Below are positions 12,441-24,089 of a DNA stretch of 64,000 bases, one piece after another. A program made the position numbers and the translations under genes. Location: positions 27,962,001-28,026,000 of the forward strand of contig OX597819.1 in NCBI GenBank assembly GCA_951406725.2, written 5' to 3'. The notes below the pieces were generated by a model. That model saw nothing but the letters and a program-made list of their open reading frames with translations, did no database searches and was not told where the DNA came from. The DNA comes from Octopus vulgaris (Eukaryota). How positions within the stretch are numbered: the first letter of the stretch is position 1; every line of letters begins with the position of its first letter.

Positions 12441-15400
12441 TTACAAGTTTTCAGATTCTGGACTTGATTGAGTAGGACCAGCACAAACATAAGGACTTAG
12501 TCTGTGAATGACATTTAGTGTTCTGAGATGATGCAAAATTTCTTCTTGTTTTTTACGTTTACTTAGTATCTGTTTGCAGCATTCTTTGAATTCAGATGCA
12601 AATCGTTTATTATCTTTCATATAATCAGCCAATGTATCAATATCAAGACGAAGTATTGCCTAAGAATAAAATAAGAATTGAAATATTATAATGAGTACTA
12701 TTAAATATTGTAATTTATATTACAGAATAGATAATAAACTTTTAATCTATGAAGATGAAAATATTTTGAATATTAACATCTGCACTACAGTTCAATCAGT
12801 TTGATCTCCAATCTTCATCATGTGTCTTATTCTTAAATATATCTATAGTACCACACTGGATTTGGACAAGGTTACCGTGATACAATGGATAAGAGTGGAG
12901 TTTTTTTGTTGTTTTGTTTTTTACCTTAGTTTATCAGTTTATAAATATAGATCCTTAGTTCAAATCTTTTCAAGTACTATGTTAATATCCAGAAATAAGA
13001 TCAGAGTTTAAAATTCTCAAAACAGAGTGTTGATATAAGTACTTTTAAAAATTTCAGCAAATATAACAGTCTGAAAGCTTATTTCAAACATTTAAACATC
13101 ATCATCATTTAACATGTTTTTCTATGCTGGCATGGGCTGGACGGTTTGACTGAAAACTGGTAAACTGGGGAGCTGCACTGATTTGGTATGCTTTTTACAG
13201 CTAGATGCCCTTCCTAACACCAACCACTCCAATAGTGTAGTGAGTGCTTCTTACATGCCACCAGTACAGTTGCCAATTACGAAACACCAGCATCGGTCAC
13301 TACTACAGTCTCACTTGGCTTGATAGGTCTTCTCATGCATGGTATATTGGCAAAGGTCTCAGTCACTTGACACTGCCTCCATGAGGCCCAAAGTTCGAGA
13401 AGCACTTTTACTGGCGTCAGCCACATAACTATGATCTGACTTGGCTTGACAGGTCTTCTCAAGCACAGCATATTGCCCAATGTTCAAAAACTGCTTTTTA
13501 CGTGTCACTGGCACAGGTGCCAGTTATATGGCACTGGCATAGGTCACAATTGTGATCTCACTTGGCTTGAGGGGGTCTTCTTGAGCATGGCATATCACCA
13601 AAGGTCGTGGTCACTTGTCATTGCCTCCGTGAGGCCCAACATTCAAAGATCATGCTTTACCACCTCATCCCATCTTCTTGGATCTACTTTATCCAAAGGT
13701 TCCCTTTACCATTAGAGATCAGCACTTCTTCACACAGCTGACTTAGCCCAACCAGCAAATCTGCTGGCCTTATGCCAAAATTTGAAATTATTACTATTAT
13801 CATTATTATTATTATTATATTATCATTACTACTACTACTACTACAACAACAACTTAACATGCTGAGCAAATTGCTTCACAGCATTTCATTCATCCTTACA
13901 ATCTGAGTTCAAATTCCACCAAGGTCGGTTTTGCCTTTCATCCTCTCAGGGTCAATAAAATAAGTACCAGTGGAGCACGGGGTTTGATGTAATCGACTTA
14001 TCCCATCCCCGACATGACAACCTTGTGCTGAAATTATTATTATTATTATTATTATCATTATTATCATTATCATTCTTTTCTTCATTTGGATGTTTATGGT
14101 GTTAGTCAGATACCTACACATTACATGCCATTGTTATTATTTAGTAGTGGTAAGCTGGCAAAATTGGTAGCTCACCAAACAAAATGCTCACTACTTCTGG
14201 CTCACTACATTCTGAGTTCAAATGTCACTGCAGTTGACTCTACTTATCATCTTTTGGGGTTTGATAAAATAAGTACCAGTTCGGCAATGGAGTCAATGTA
14301 ACTGGCTTTCTCTTTCCCTCTAAATTACTGACCTAGTGCCAAAACTAGAAAGAAAGGTAACAAGTTGGCAGAGTCTTTAGCATGCCAGACATAATGCTTA
14401 GCAGCAGTTCCTCTGGTCTTTACCTTTGGAGTTCAAATTCTGCCAGGGTCAACTTTGCCTTTCCTCCTTTCAGAATCGATGTAACAGACAAGCTTCCTCT
14501 CCCAAATTTCAGACCTTGTGCCTGTTGTAGAAAGAATTACTATTTTGTAGTAGCCACAGTGATAGCAACCTGGATGCTTATGGTTGGTTAAGGATTTTCT
14601 GATACACAGTGGTAGAAAAGTGTGTTCACCCAAGAAGTTAGAGAGGAAGATCATGTTGAAGTGTAGATAAGAAAAAGGTGGGGGTGGTTCAGTTCATCAA
14701 CATCATTTAACATCTGTTGTCCATACAGGCACAGGTTGAATAGTGTGACCAGTGTTGGCAAGCTTGAGGGGCAGGGGGAATTCCAGTCTGATTTGGCAGG
14801 GTTTCTATGTTAGGGATACCCTTCCTAATACCAACCACCTAACAGAGTGTGCAGAGTGCAATTATGTGACACTGCATGGGCACTTTTACGTGGCACCGCA
14901 CAGGAGCTTTTACGTGGCACTGCACAGGTGCTTTTACATAGCACCACAAAGTTATTTCTAATAATTAATGAAATGTAGATCATAGATCATTACCGAAAGT
15001 AATTACTAACAGCAGAAATAATTTATATACTTACCTCTAACTGACTATTTGAAAAGGATATACATTTAATAAGATCTGAATGAATTCCAGACAACAAATT
15101 AATAATTTCGTTAGAAATATTCGTATCAGAAGGTCCATCTGCAGTGTCAAAACGAATATCAAATGAAGATGTAACTAAAAAGAAAACAAAGAATGTAGAA
15201 TTAAATGTTGAAAATTGTGAAATCTATTACTGTTAATTAGATTATAATTTATGAATATATTGTAAATATAATAGTTTAAATACAATAATGTAAATTTTAA
15301 AAATATTTAGTCTCTAAAGATTGGGTTAGTCATCTGAAAAATTAAAATCTCATTAATGAAAGAGAATATATATTATATTCTATGGTTACTTTCCAGGCTA

Positions 15401-18312
15401 GTAAAGGTACATGGCTCAGTGGTTAGAGCATCGAGGACACAATCATCAGGAGGTAGTGAGTTTGATTCCTGGACCAGGCTGTATGTTGTGTTCTTGAGCA
15501 AGACACTCTATTCCACATTACTCCAGTTCACTCAGTTGTAGAAATGAGTTGCAATGTCATTGGTGCCATACTGTATCAGTCTTTGCCTTTCCCTTGGGTA
15601 ACACCAGTAGCATGGAGAGGGGAGTTTGATATGCATGGGCAACTACTAGTTTTCCATAAACAACCTTGCCCAGAGTTGTGCCACAGCAGGTAACTTTCTA
15701 GGTACAATCCTATGCTCATTCATAACTGAAGGGGGGGGGGGGTTACCCTTTTTACTTTCCATGCTGATATACATATATATTACTAGCAGTACATATATAT
15801 TACTAGCAGTATCACCTGGCGTTGCTCGGGTTTGTAAGGGAAATAACTATGTAAGCATTTTTAGAGATGTAAAGTATAATAGCCATCTCAATATGGCTAA
15901 CCACAAAGGGGGGTGTTACTGTAGCTTTTTACGTTCTGAGATTTAATAATAAATTTTTAGAGAGTTACTTCCCTTATATATGCCAAAAATGCATTAAAAA
16001 TGGGAAAAATTGATGGTAATTTTTTTTTTAAATCGTAGACTCGCGCTAATACCCAGAAGGGCTCAATATGAATCACGACTATAAGATACCCGGTTTTGGT
16101 TAAACGGCACCGCAAAACGTGGGAGTAGTTAGGAATCTAAATTGTAGGAGACAGACACTCACACAACTTCACTTTTATATATATAGATATATATATGGTC
16201 TTATGCTATATGCGCACATATGTGCGTGCGCCTGCGCAAAGGTGTGACTGCGCATGCGCGAACGTGTGCGTGCGCATGCGCGAACGTGTGACTGCGCATG
16301 CGCGAACGTGTGCGTGCGCATGCGTGAACGTGTGACTGCGCATGCGCGAAAGTGTGACTGTGCATGCGCGAAAGTGTGAATGTGCATGCGCGACCGTGTG
16401 CGTTCACATGCACGAACGTGTGACTGCGCATGCGCGAAAGTGTGACTGCGCATGCGCGAAAGTGTGACTGCGCATGCGCGAACGTGTGACTGCGCATGCG
16501 TGAACGTGTGCATGCGCGAAAGTGTGACTGCGCATGCGCGAACGTGTGACTGCGCATGCGCGAACGTGTGACTGCACATGCGCGAAAGTGTGACTGCGCA
16601 TGCGTAGCCACACATTCGCGTATGCGCAGTCACACTTTACGAGGGAGGGAAGAAGGGGGAGAAGCAACACAGGTGCAGATGTGAGCATGGACGCCAACTC
16701 CGCCACCATCGACACACGAAAAAATATGCATTAAAATGGAATAAAAAATTATGTTAAATTATTTTTAAAATCGTAGACTCATCGTAGATGCGCGTTAATA
16801 CCCAGACGGGCTCGATATGAATCACGACAATAAGATACCAGAATTTGGTTAAACTGCACTGCAAAATGTGGGAGTAGTTAGGAATCTAAATCGAAGGGGA
16901 CAGACACTCACACAACTACAGTTTTATATATATAGATATGCTGTGCTTGAGAAGACCCATCAAGTCAAGTGAAATTGTAGTCATGGTCAAAGCTGGTGCC
17001 ATGTAACTGGCACATAAAAAGCACTTTTCAAGCATTGGGCCTCAAGGAGGCAAAGTGGTCGATGCTGGTGGCACATGAAAAGCTCCTTTCGAATGCTGGC
17101 TTCACTGAGGCAATGATGAATGACCTCAACCATGGCATTATGTCGTGCTTGAGAAGATGACCTATCAAGTCAAGTAAAACCACAGTCATGGCAGATACTG
17201 GTGTCACATAAATGGCACCCATGCCAGTGGCCTGTAAAGCACCCATTACACTTTCGGAATGGTTGGCATTAGGAAGGGCATCCAACCATAGAAACTGTGC
17301 CAAATCAGACTGGAGTTTGATGCAACCTTCCAGCTTGCCAGCCCTGGCCAAACTGTCCAACCCATGCAAGCATGGTCAACAGACATTAAAAGATGATGAT
17401 GATGATGATATATAATATGTAATATTAGCAATAATTTTATATTCAAGTATACACCTTGTAGTATATTGAAAAGTTACACGAGGAGATGCACTTGCACTTA
17501 CAATGCATCTCAACTGTCTGTACAGCATCTCATCTGCAAGGTACTGGTGCATGATGAGTCAAAACCATCAAAATAGTTCTGAATAAAGAGTCTTGTGAAT
17601 TTATTGTTTCTCTCATATTTTTTTATGTATGTATGTATAAGTGTAAAAAGTAAAGACCTCCTTCAGTCATGAATGACCATGGGAATTGAATTATACATTC
17701 AAATTATTATACATTTGAATTATACATTCAAATTATTTATTAATTGTCATAATGTGAATATTTAATATTTAGTAAACATGCCCTTTTTATTTTTCAATGC
17801 AAGGACCCTATAACACGTTACAGATCAGATGATGAATATTCTGTTGCAGAATTTCTTGCCAAGTTTCATGCAATAATCTCAAAAGATCTGGCTTTGAAGA
17901 TGCTTTCTTGTTCTTTTTATGAATTGTCCTGTCCATTATGTCCCAGAGGTGTTCAATATAGGTTCATATCTGGTGACTGGTTTGGCCATGAAAGCTTTTT
18001 AATGAATTGTTAAAGTAATGGACATTTCTAATGCCATTTTCATCCAACAAATCTTGGGTCATTTTATCCATGTGACAAGGAGCCCCATCTTCCATAAATA
18101 GTCTTCTTTAATCATTTCATCGCTGAAGATTGGAATGAGTCCTTTCTGCAAAATGACATATTTATCTGAGTGTGTTTCCCTCACACTCCACCGGCTCTGA
18201 TCAACCATTGCTCCAAATTGCTCCCCAGACCATCACATAATAGTTGTCTAACTCATGCCAGCATGGAAAACAGACATTAAATGATGATGACGTCAACATC
18301 ATCAGCAGCAGC

Positions 18313-18384
<72 letters not shown>

Positions 18385-19242
18385 GCCAACCACTCACGGA
18401 GTGGTTGGCGTTAGGAAGGGCATCCAGCTGTAGAAACATTGCCAAATTTAGACTGGAGCCTGGTGCAGCCTTCTGGCTTCCCAGAACCCCGGTCGAACCG
18501 TCCAACCCATGCTAGCATGGAGAACGGACGTTAAACGACGATGATGATGATTATTATTATTATTATTATTATTATTATTTTAATATACATTTTGTCATCA
18601 AATTATTTTATGAAATTCTTAGAAAATACCAACCAGGATAAGGTGCTGTCCAGTTTTCTGAATCCAGAATTACCTGAAAGACAGTATTTTCAGGAAGGTG
18701 ATTAAAGTATTCCTCATCATCTACTTCTGTGCCATCACACTCAAGACAGATTCTTACATTTTGAGATGGAGAAACATTCAACTTATTCCGAGCTGAAAAG
18801 TAAAACATACATGTTTTTTATCAGTCATATTGACATATGAAAACAGACATTAAAAGAATTATGATGATAGTGAAGGAATTAATAGAAACTCTATAAGATA
18901 TATCTAGTGTAAGCAATAGTTGCAATGTCATTTTTTTTGCTAACAATTAATATTTTTGCATAGGGGTATCACACAGATTTTGGTTTTTCTGTCAACCAAC
19001 CATGTATTTTGTCATTACTGATCATTTATTTTAGCTTCTTAATAAAACAAATGGGCTACTCAGTTTTTGTTCATCAGTACTACAGAACTGGGAGTTACAC
19101 ATTTCTTCTACTCACCCTTCTCTTTGAATGGAAAGTACACACATTTGAATTTCAGAGTCAGATCTTTGGTCTTCACGGTTACTCTCAGTACATCATACCC
19201 TTCATTTCTAACAGTTGACTAATATTTCCTTATTGGCAATGT

Positions 19243-19283
<41 letters not shown>

Positions 19284-19484
19284 TGAGATTAAGCAGTTTT
19301 GATATATTTTGTAAGGTAAACTTCTCTCAGAAGACTTACAACAATTTACTTCAAAATCTAGGGAAATAATTTGAAGAGAAACAAACCAACCTTTTTCAAT
19401 TAAATCAGTAAAGCCATTAGCAACTACACCTTTGCGAACAATCCGTTTAGCATCCCACACTTTATATTGTGCTGATGTAGACAT
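12441..19484 (-). CDS. DFFA: DNA fragmentation factor subunit alpha (DFF45/ICAD)-like, CIDE-N plus DFF-C, about 203 aa
   Basis: Exons (-) 19484-19391, 18792-18634, 15174-15035, 12659-12441; intron phases 1,1,0 are consistent and total 612 nt. CIDE-N motifs: YKVWDAKRIVRKGVVA, LECDGTEVDDEEYF..LPENT. The C-terminal ISFSNSQLEAILRLDIDTLA...FKECCKQIL resembles the DFF45 C-terminal domain. An acceptor lies 1 nt before the ATG, implying upstream non-coding exon(s). Confidence 0.82.
13097..13700 (-). mobile_element. Retroposon family C with RTE-type 3' end and (GAT)n tail
   Basis: Shared TTGGCATTAGGAAGGGCATCCAGCTGTA...CCAACCCATGCCAGCATGGAAA...TTAAATGATGATG end. Other copies: 14700-14950 (-), 16940-17410 (+), 18381-18550 (+), 26520-26770 (-), 35740-35935 (+), 38425-38600 (-), 43515-43680 (-), 48720-48900 (-). 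Confidence 0.75.
15405..15745 (+). mobile_element. tRNA-derived SINE with CORE-like central region
   Basis: TGGCTCAGTGGTTAGAGC A box and GTTTGATTCC B box, then TTGAGCAAGACACT...CTCCAGTTCACTCAGTTGTAGAAATG. Confidence 0.65.
15803..16936 (-). mobile_element. Composite Helitron (two 5' ends, one 3' end) containing a minisatellite
   Basis: Minus-strand 5' A|TC ends at 16936 and 16187; 3' hairpin CCCGAGCAACGCCAGG then CTAG|T ending at 15803. Confidence 0.8.
16220..16635. repeat. 22-bp GC-rich minisatellite (TGTGACTGCGCATGCGCGAA[A/C]G)n
   Basis: About 17-18 units are visible, each centred on the palindrome GCGCATGCGC. Confidence 0.95.
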
Positions 19485-20138
19485 CCTGTTGAAATATATT
19501 AAGAAAATACCAGTCATAGCACCTCATATAAATTTTCAAGGAACTGTAACATAAAATATAAACAAAGATGAATATTATTATAACAATTTCTTTTTTAAAT
19601 CTTACTTGTCCTATAACATTATCATTTCATAATATTTTAAATGCTTCCTACTTCAGGTTTTTTCTTCAGATATCTGAAGATCACTATATTTGAAGTCAGT
19701 CTGTTATTTACTAGAAATATGTATATGCCTATTAGAAGAACGGTAATAGTTGTAGAAGTGGAAATATATAGTGAAAGAGCAAAATCAGTTTTTTGAATAC
19801 TTATTGTGTGAAGCCCAGACAAGGAGACACAAGAACTCTCATATACACATAGACACATGATGAACTTTTAGTCTCTGCCTTACAAATCCACTCCTAAGGC
19901 TATGGTTGGCCTGAGGAAGGTGACAGAAGGTGCTATGAAGAAGCTATATATATTGCCATCCACTTAAGAAAACACACAGTAAATAATCCACAAGCACTCG
20001 AACAGAGTCCTCAACTTGTCCCATTTGCCAAAAGGTTTGCAAGGCACCAGCAGGCCTCAAGAGACACACTCATGTCCATAGAACATGATTACCGCTTCAT
20101 CTGACTGAACCCTCGTTTGTTGTTCATAACAAGGGAAT

Positions 20139-20168
<30 letters not shown>

Positions 20169-20169
<1 letters not shown>

Positions 20170-20557
20170 TTTTACTTGTTTCAGTCATTTTACTGCGGCC
20201 ATGCTGGGGCACCGCCTTTAATCGAGCAACTCAACCCTGGGACTTATTCTTTGTAAGCCTAGTACTTATTCTATCAGTCTCTTTTGCCGAACCGCTAAGT
20301 TACGGAGACATAAACACACCAGCATCGGTTGTCAAGCAATGCTAGGGGGTCAAACACAGACACACAAACACATACATATATATATATACATATACACGAC
20401 AAGCTTCTTTCAGTTTCCGTCTACCAAATCCACTCACAAGGCTTTGGTCGGCCCGAGGCTATAGTAGAAGACACTTGCCCAAGGTGCCACGCAGTGGGAC
20501 TGAACCCGGAATCATGTGGTTGGTAAACAAGCTACTTACCACACAACCACTTCTGCG

Positions 20558-20623
<66 letters not shown>

Positions 20624-21014
20624 GTAGCTTGCTAACCAACCACATGGTTCCGGGTTCAGTCCCACTGCTTGGCATCTTGGGCAAGTGTCTTCTACTATAG
20701 CCCTGGGCCGACCAATGCCTTGTGAGTGGATTTGGTAGACAGAAACTGAAAGAAGCCTGTCGTATATATGTATGTATATATATATATGTGTGTGTGTGTT
20801 TGTGTGTCTGTGTTTGTCCCCCTAGCATTGCTTGACAACCGATGCTGGTGTGTTAACGTCCCCGTCACTTAGCGGTTCGGCAAAAAGAGACCGATAGAAT
20901 AAGTACTGGGCTTACAAAGAATAAGTCCCGGGGTCGATTTGCTCGACTAAAGGCGGTGCTCCAGTATGGCCGCAGTCAAATGACTGAAACAAGTAAAAAA
21001 GTAAAGAGTAAGAG
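20169..21014. mobile_element. Head-to-head inverted pair of SINE family A separated by (TA)n
   Basis: 20169-20560 (-) and 20623-21014 (+), separated by about 60 bp of TA repeat. Confidence 0.85.
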
Positions 21015-23297
21015 TATATATATATATAAATGCAAAAATACACATTAAGTACAGGGCATCACCAATGAGTGAAAAATATGTAAACACACAACAAGAGAGA
21101 CAAGTACAAGACAAAATACCAAAAGAAGTCTAACTCCTCCTCAGTTGTAAACTGTTTATTACTACCTGTTTCGTGCTTTTAATGACAAGATAGGAATACT
21201 TCATAAGACAGCAGCATCCAGAAATTTAAAAAGTATAAAATTTGTGGACTGTCAGGGCTTCAAATGAACAAACAACACCTGAGAAGATGTATGGAAATGA
21301 TTGACGAAGACAGACGTATAGGGCCATTAGGCTAATACAAATTGTAATGGATAATGCCTGGAAGAAATTTTGAAAGGATATAGAATAAATAGAAGAGAAA
21401 AAAGATATCAAGAAGTGAGAGAAATGACATCCAGCTAGCTGGACGTCCCATCCAGAAAAGACAGAGAGAAATGATATATGATGATGATGATATCATATAT
21501 ATATATATATATATATATCATTTTATTTATTTTAATGTCTATTTTTTCCATGTTTGCATGAGTCAGAGAAGACTTCACTGAGGCAGAATTTTCTAGTTGG
21601 ATGTCTTTCCTGATTCCAGCTCTAACCTGTTTCCAAGCAAGGTGATAATTCCTCTCATCTGTCAAACAGCAATCAGCATGGACATACTTTCACAAGAAAA
21701 AATTACAAACAAATGACGCCTTTTGTATGAATGGTAAAGCTTTATTCATACCCAACAAACGCCATTCCATTACCTTTGAAATGGTGGAAGTGAAAATCAG
21801 TGGTGTCAGAAGAATTAGTTCTGATGAGAATGAAATGCATTGTAGCATATTTCCAAAAATCTAGATCAGCAATTCTCAACCAGGGTTCATATATCTACAT
21901 GCATCTGCATGGGTCGTATGTTAGCTGTTAACCCTGGTGAGAAGAAGCTCACAAACAGCGATATGTTAGAACCAATGCAGCGTGTTGGTGCTGTGTAGAT
22001 GTTGACGACATTGGTAAGAGACATCATGGTGGTGATGACGATGGAGGTCGCTATAATGTGGTCAGTGGTTAGACCTTAGAAGGAGACTAGGAGGTGAACT
22101 TTTATGGCTTGTTTGGGAAAGACTGTCTCACGTGACTTATTTGAAGGCTGCAATTAGTTGGGTTGCATATTGGCACGCGATAGAGTAAGAGACAAATTGC
22201 GCCAAAACCAACCAATAGGAGTGGTAGACACAACGGGGTACAAAACATCGACCAAAGGTTAGCTGTTACATTTGTAAGTCGGTTAATATAAAGATCTTCA
22301 CCCGTTAACAAAAGCAAAAAAAACACCATACTGGGTGTTAACAACTGTGTAGAAAACTAATGCCAAAAACAATTTGCGCAAACGAACCCGGGGGATGGGG
22401 TGAGGACTTTCGGAATATTCACAAGATCCGATTTTTCCGTCATAACTTTCGGGAAAATGGATATATATTGATTTTTTTTTTTTTACGGAATCCCACGTTT
22501 TTGGTTATGAAGGATCCGATTCTGAAAAAAAATTTCAAAAATCAGATTTTCAAAACTTCACTCCCCCCCTCCCCATTCTAGTTTTCTATATTCCTAATCT
22601 CTGTATTATATTGATAGAAAAAAATTCGAAAAAAGTTTTAAAAATAAAAACACTTTAATTTCACGTGAATTACTGCGGGAAATTACTCTGAAAGAAATCT
22701 TTGCAGAAAGGTGAGTAGATTGATTACATATTTCTTTCAGTATGTTATCGCAGTTTTGTGAGATTTTGCTGTTATTTCTAGCATATGGATAGCCTGCTTG
22801 AAGCCCAAAGCCGGAGAATCGAAATTTTTCTAGCAAAAAGAATGGCGCTGAATCCAAACTTTACGAGTAGAAGTAATAAATGCCTGCTGTTGGCCCAGAA
22901 TAGATTCTTTGTTTTCTTTTTAGATAGAACGTGCATGTGTGAGAGAGGAGAGGAAAACTTTTAAATTTTGTTACATGGTTTGTTTTTAATAAACTTACTT
23001 TAAATTTTGCTGTCACCTAACATAAATTGGAGTTGGGATGAAAGCAAAAATAAGAATTAACATGAGTAAATTTGATTTCTTAAAGACCCGCATAGCAAAT
23101 TATAAAGGGCAACCAAACTTGTTTTCATCCCCCTTCATCAGCAACGTTACACAATATTTATATTTACAACTGAGAATCAAAACTGAATCCCGGGCCTTCG
23201 TTGGGAGTTTGTTTACCTGTTACTAAACAATTTCGCTATTTTGACAAAAAAAAAAAAAAAAGTAACGAGGATCTTTTCACAGATCCAGTAACGATAA

Positions 23298-23700
23298 TAG
23301 GCACAGGAGTGGCTGTGTGGTAAGTAGCTTGCTCACCAACCACATAGTTCCGGGTTCAGTCCCACTGCGTGGCACCTTGGGCAAGTGTCTTCTGCTATAG
23401 CCCCGGGCCGACCAATGCCTTGTGAGTGGATTTGGTAGACGGAAACTGAAAGAAGCCCGTCGTATATATGTATATATATATGCGTGTGTGTGTTCGTGTG
23501 TCTGTGTTTGTCCCCCTAGCGTTGCTTGACAACCGATGCTGGTGTGTTTACATCCCCGTTACTTAGCGGTTCGACAAAAGAGACCGATAGAATAAGTACT
23601 GGGCTTACAAAAGAATAAGTCCCGGGGTCGAGTTGCTCGATTAAAGGCGGTGCTCCAGCATGGCCGCAGTCAAATGACTGAAACAAGTAAAAGAGTAAAG
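23298..23700 (+). mobile_element. Full-length SINE family A with long target-site duplication
   Basis: Flanked by the direct repeat GAGGAT(C/T)TTTTCACAGATCCAGTAACGATAA (23267-23297, 23700-23730). Confidence 0.9.
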
Positions 23701-24010
23701 AGGATTTTTTCACAGATCCAGTAACGATAACAGAAAATCCAATTAATTAAGTTAACATGGAAATAAAAAAAATTTACCAGTGAAGTTCAAGATGAGAAAC
23801 TGGACTCATTCTAACTCGAATGAAGTGGAATAGAAAATGTAAATATAATAAAATAGGAGGCTAAAGCAACATAGGAGAAACCACAGTGTGTCAGCAGTTA
23901 GTCAACACTCAAACTATTCGAAAAATATCTTTCTTAATCAGGATATGATGAAACAAACATTGGCGTATTTCCTGTTGTTAACACAAGCACTGATGTTTTG
24001 TTTTCGTGCT

Positions 24011-24089
24011 ATTATTAACACCTACTTTATATAATTCCTGTTATTAATGCCTACTTTATATAATTCCTGTTATTAATGCCTACTTTATT
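24011..24089. repeat. 29-bp tandem repeat (about 2.7 copies)
   Basis: TTATTAATGCCTACTTTATATAATTCCTG repeated. Confidence 0.8.

Noticed and set aside
16175-16715. HAQSH/RMRSH repeat proteins or a CRISPR-like array
   Set aside because: Head-to-tail 22-bp minisatellite without unique spacers; eukaryotic intron; no cas genes.
21130-21215. Hammerhead-like motif on the - strand (CTTATGA...GCAC-GAAAC)
   Set aside because: The core is mutated and stems I and III are unconvincing; it cannot be supported without a family consensus.
22390-22870. Possible DNA-transposon fragment
   Set aside because: It looks repeat-like but I found no TIR/TSD pair or coding motif to classify it.
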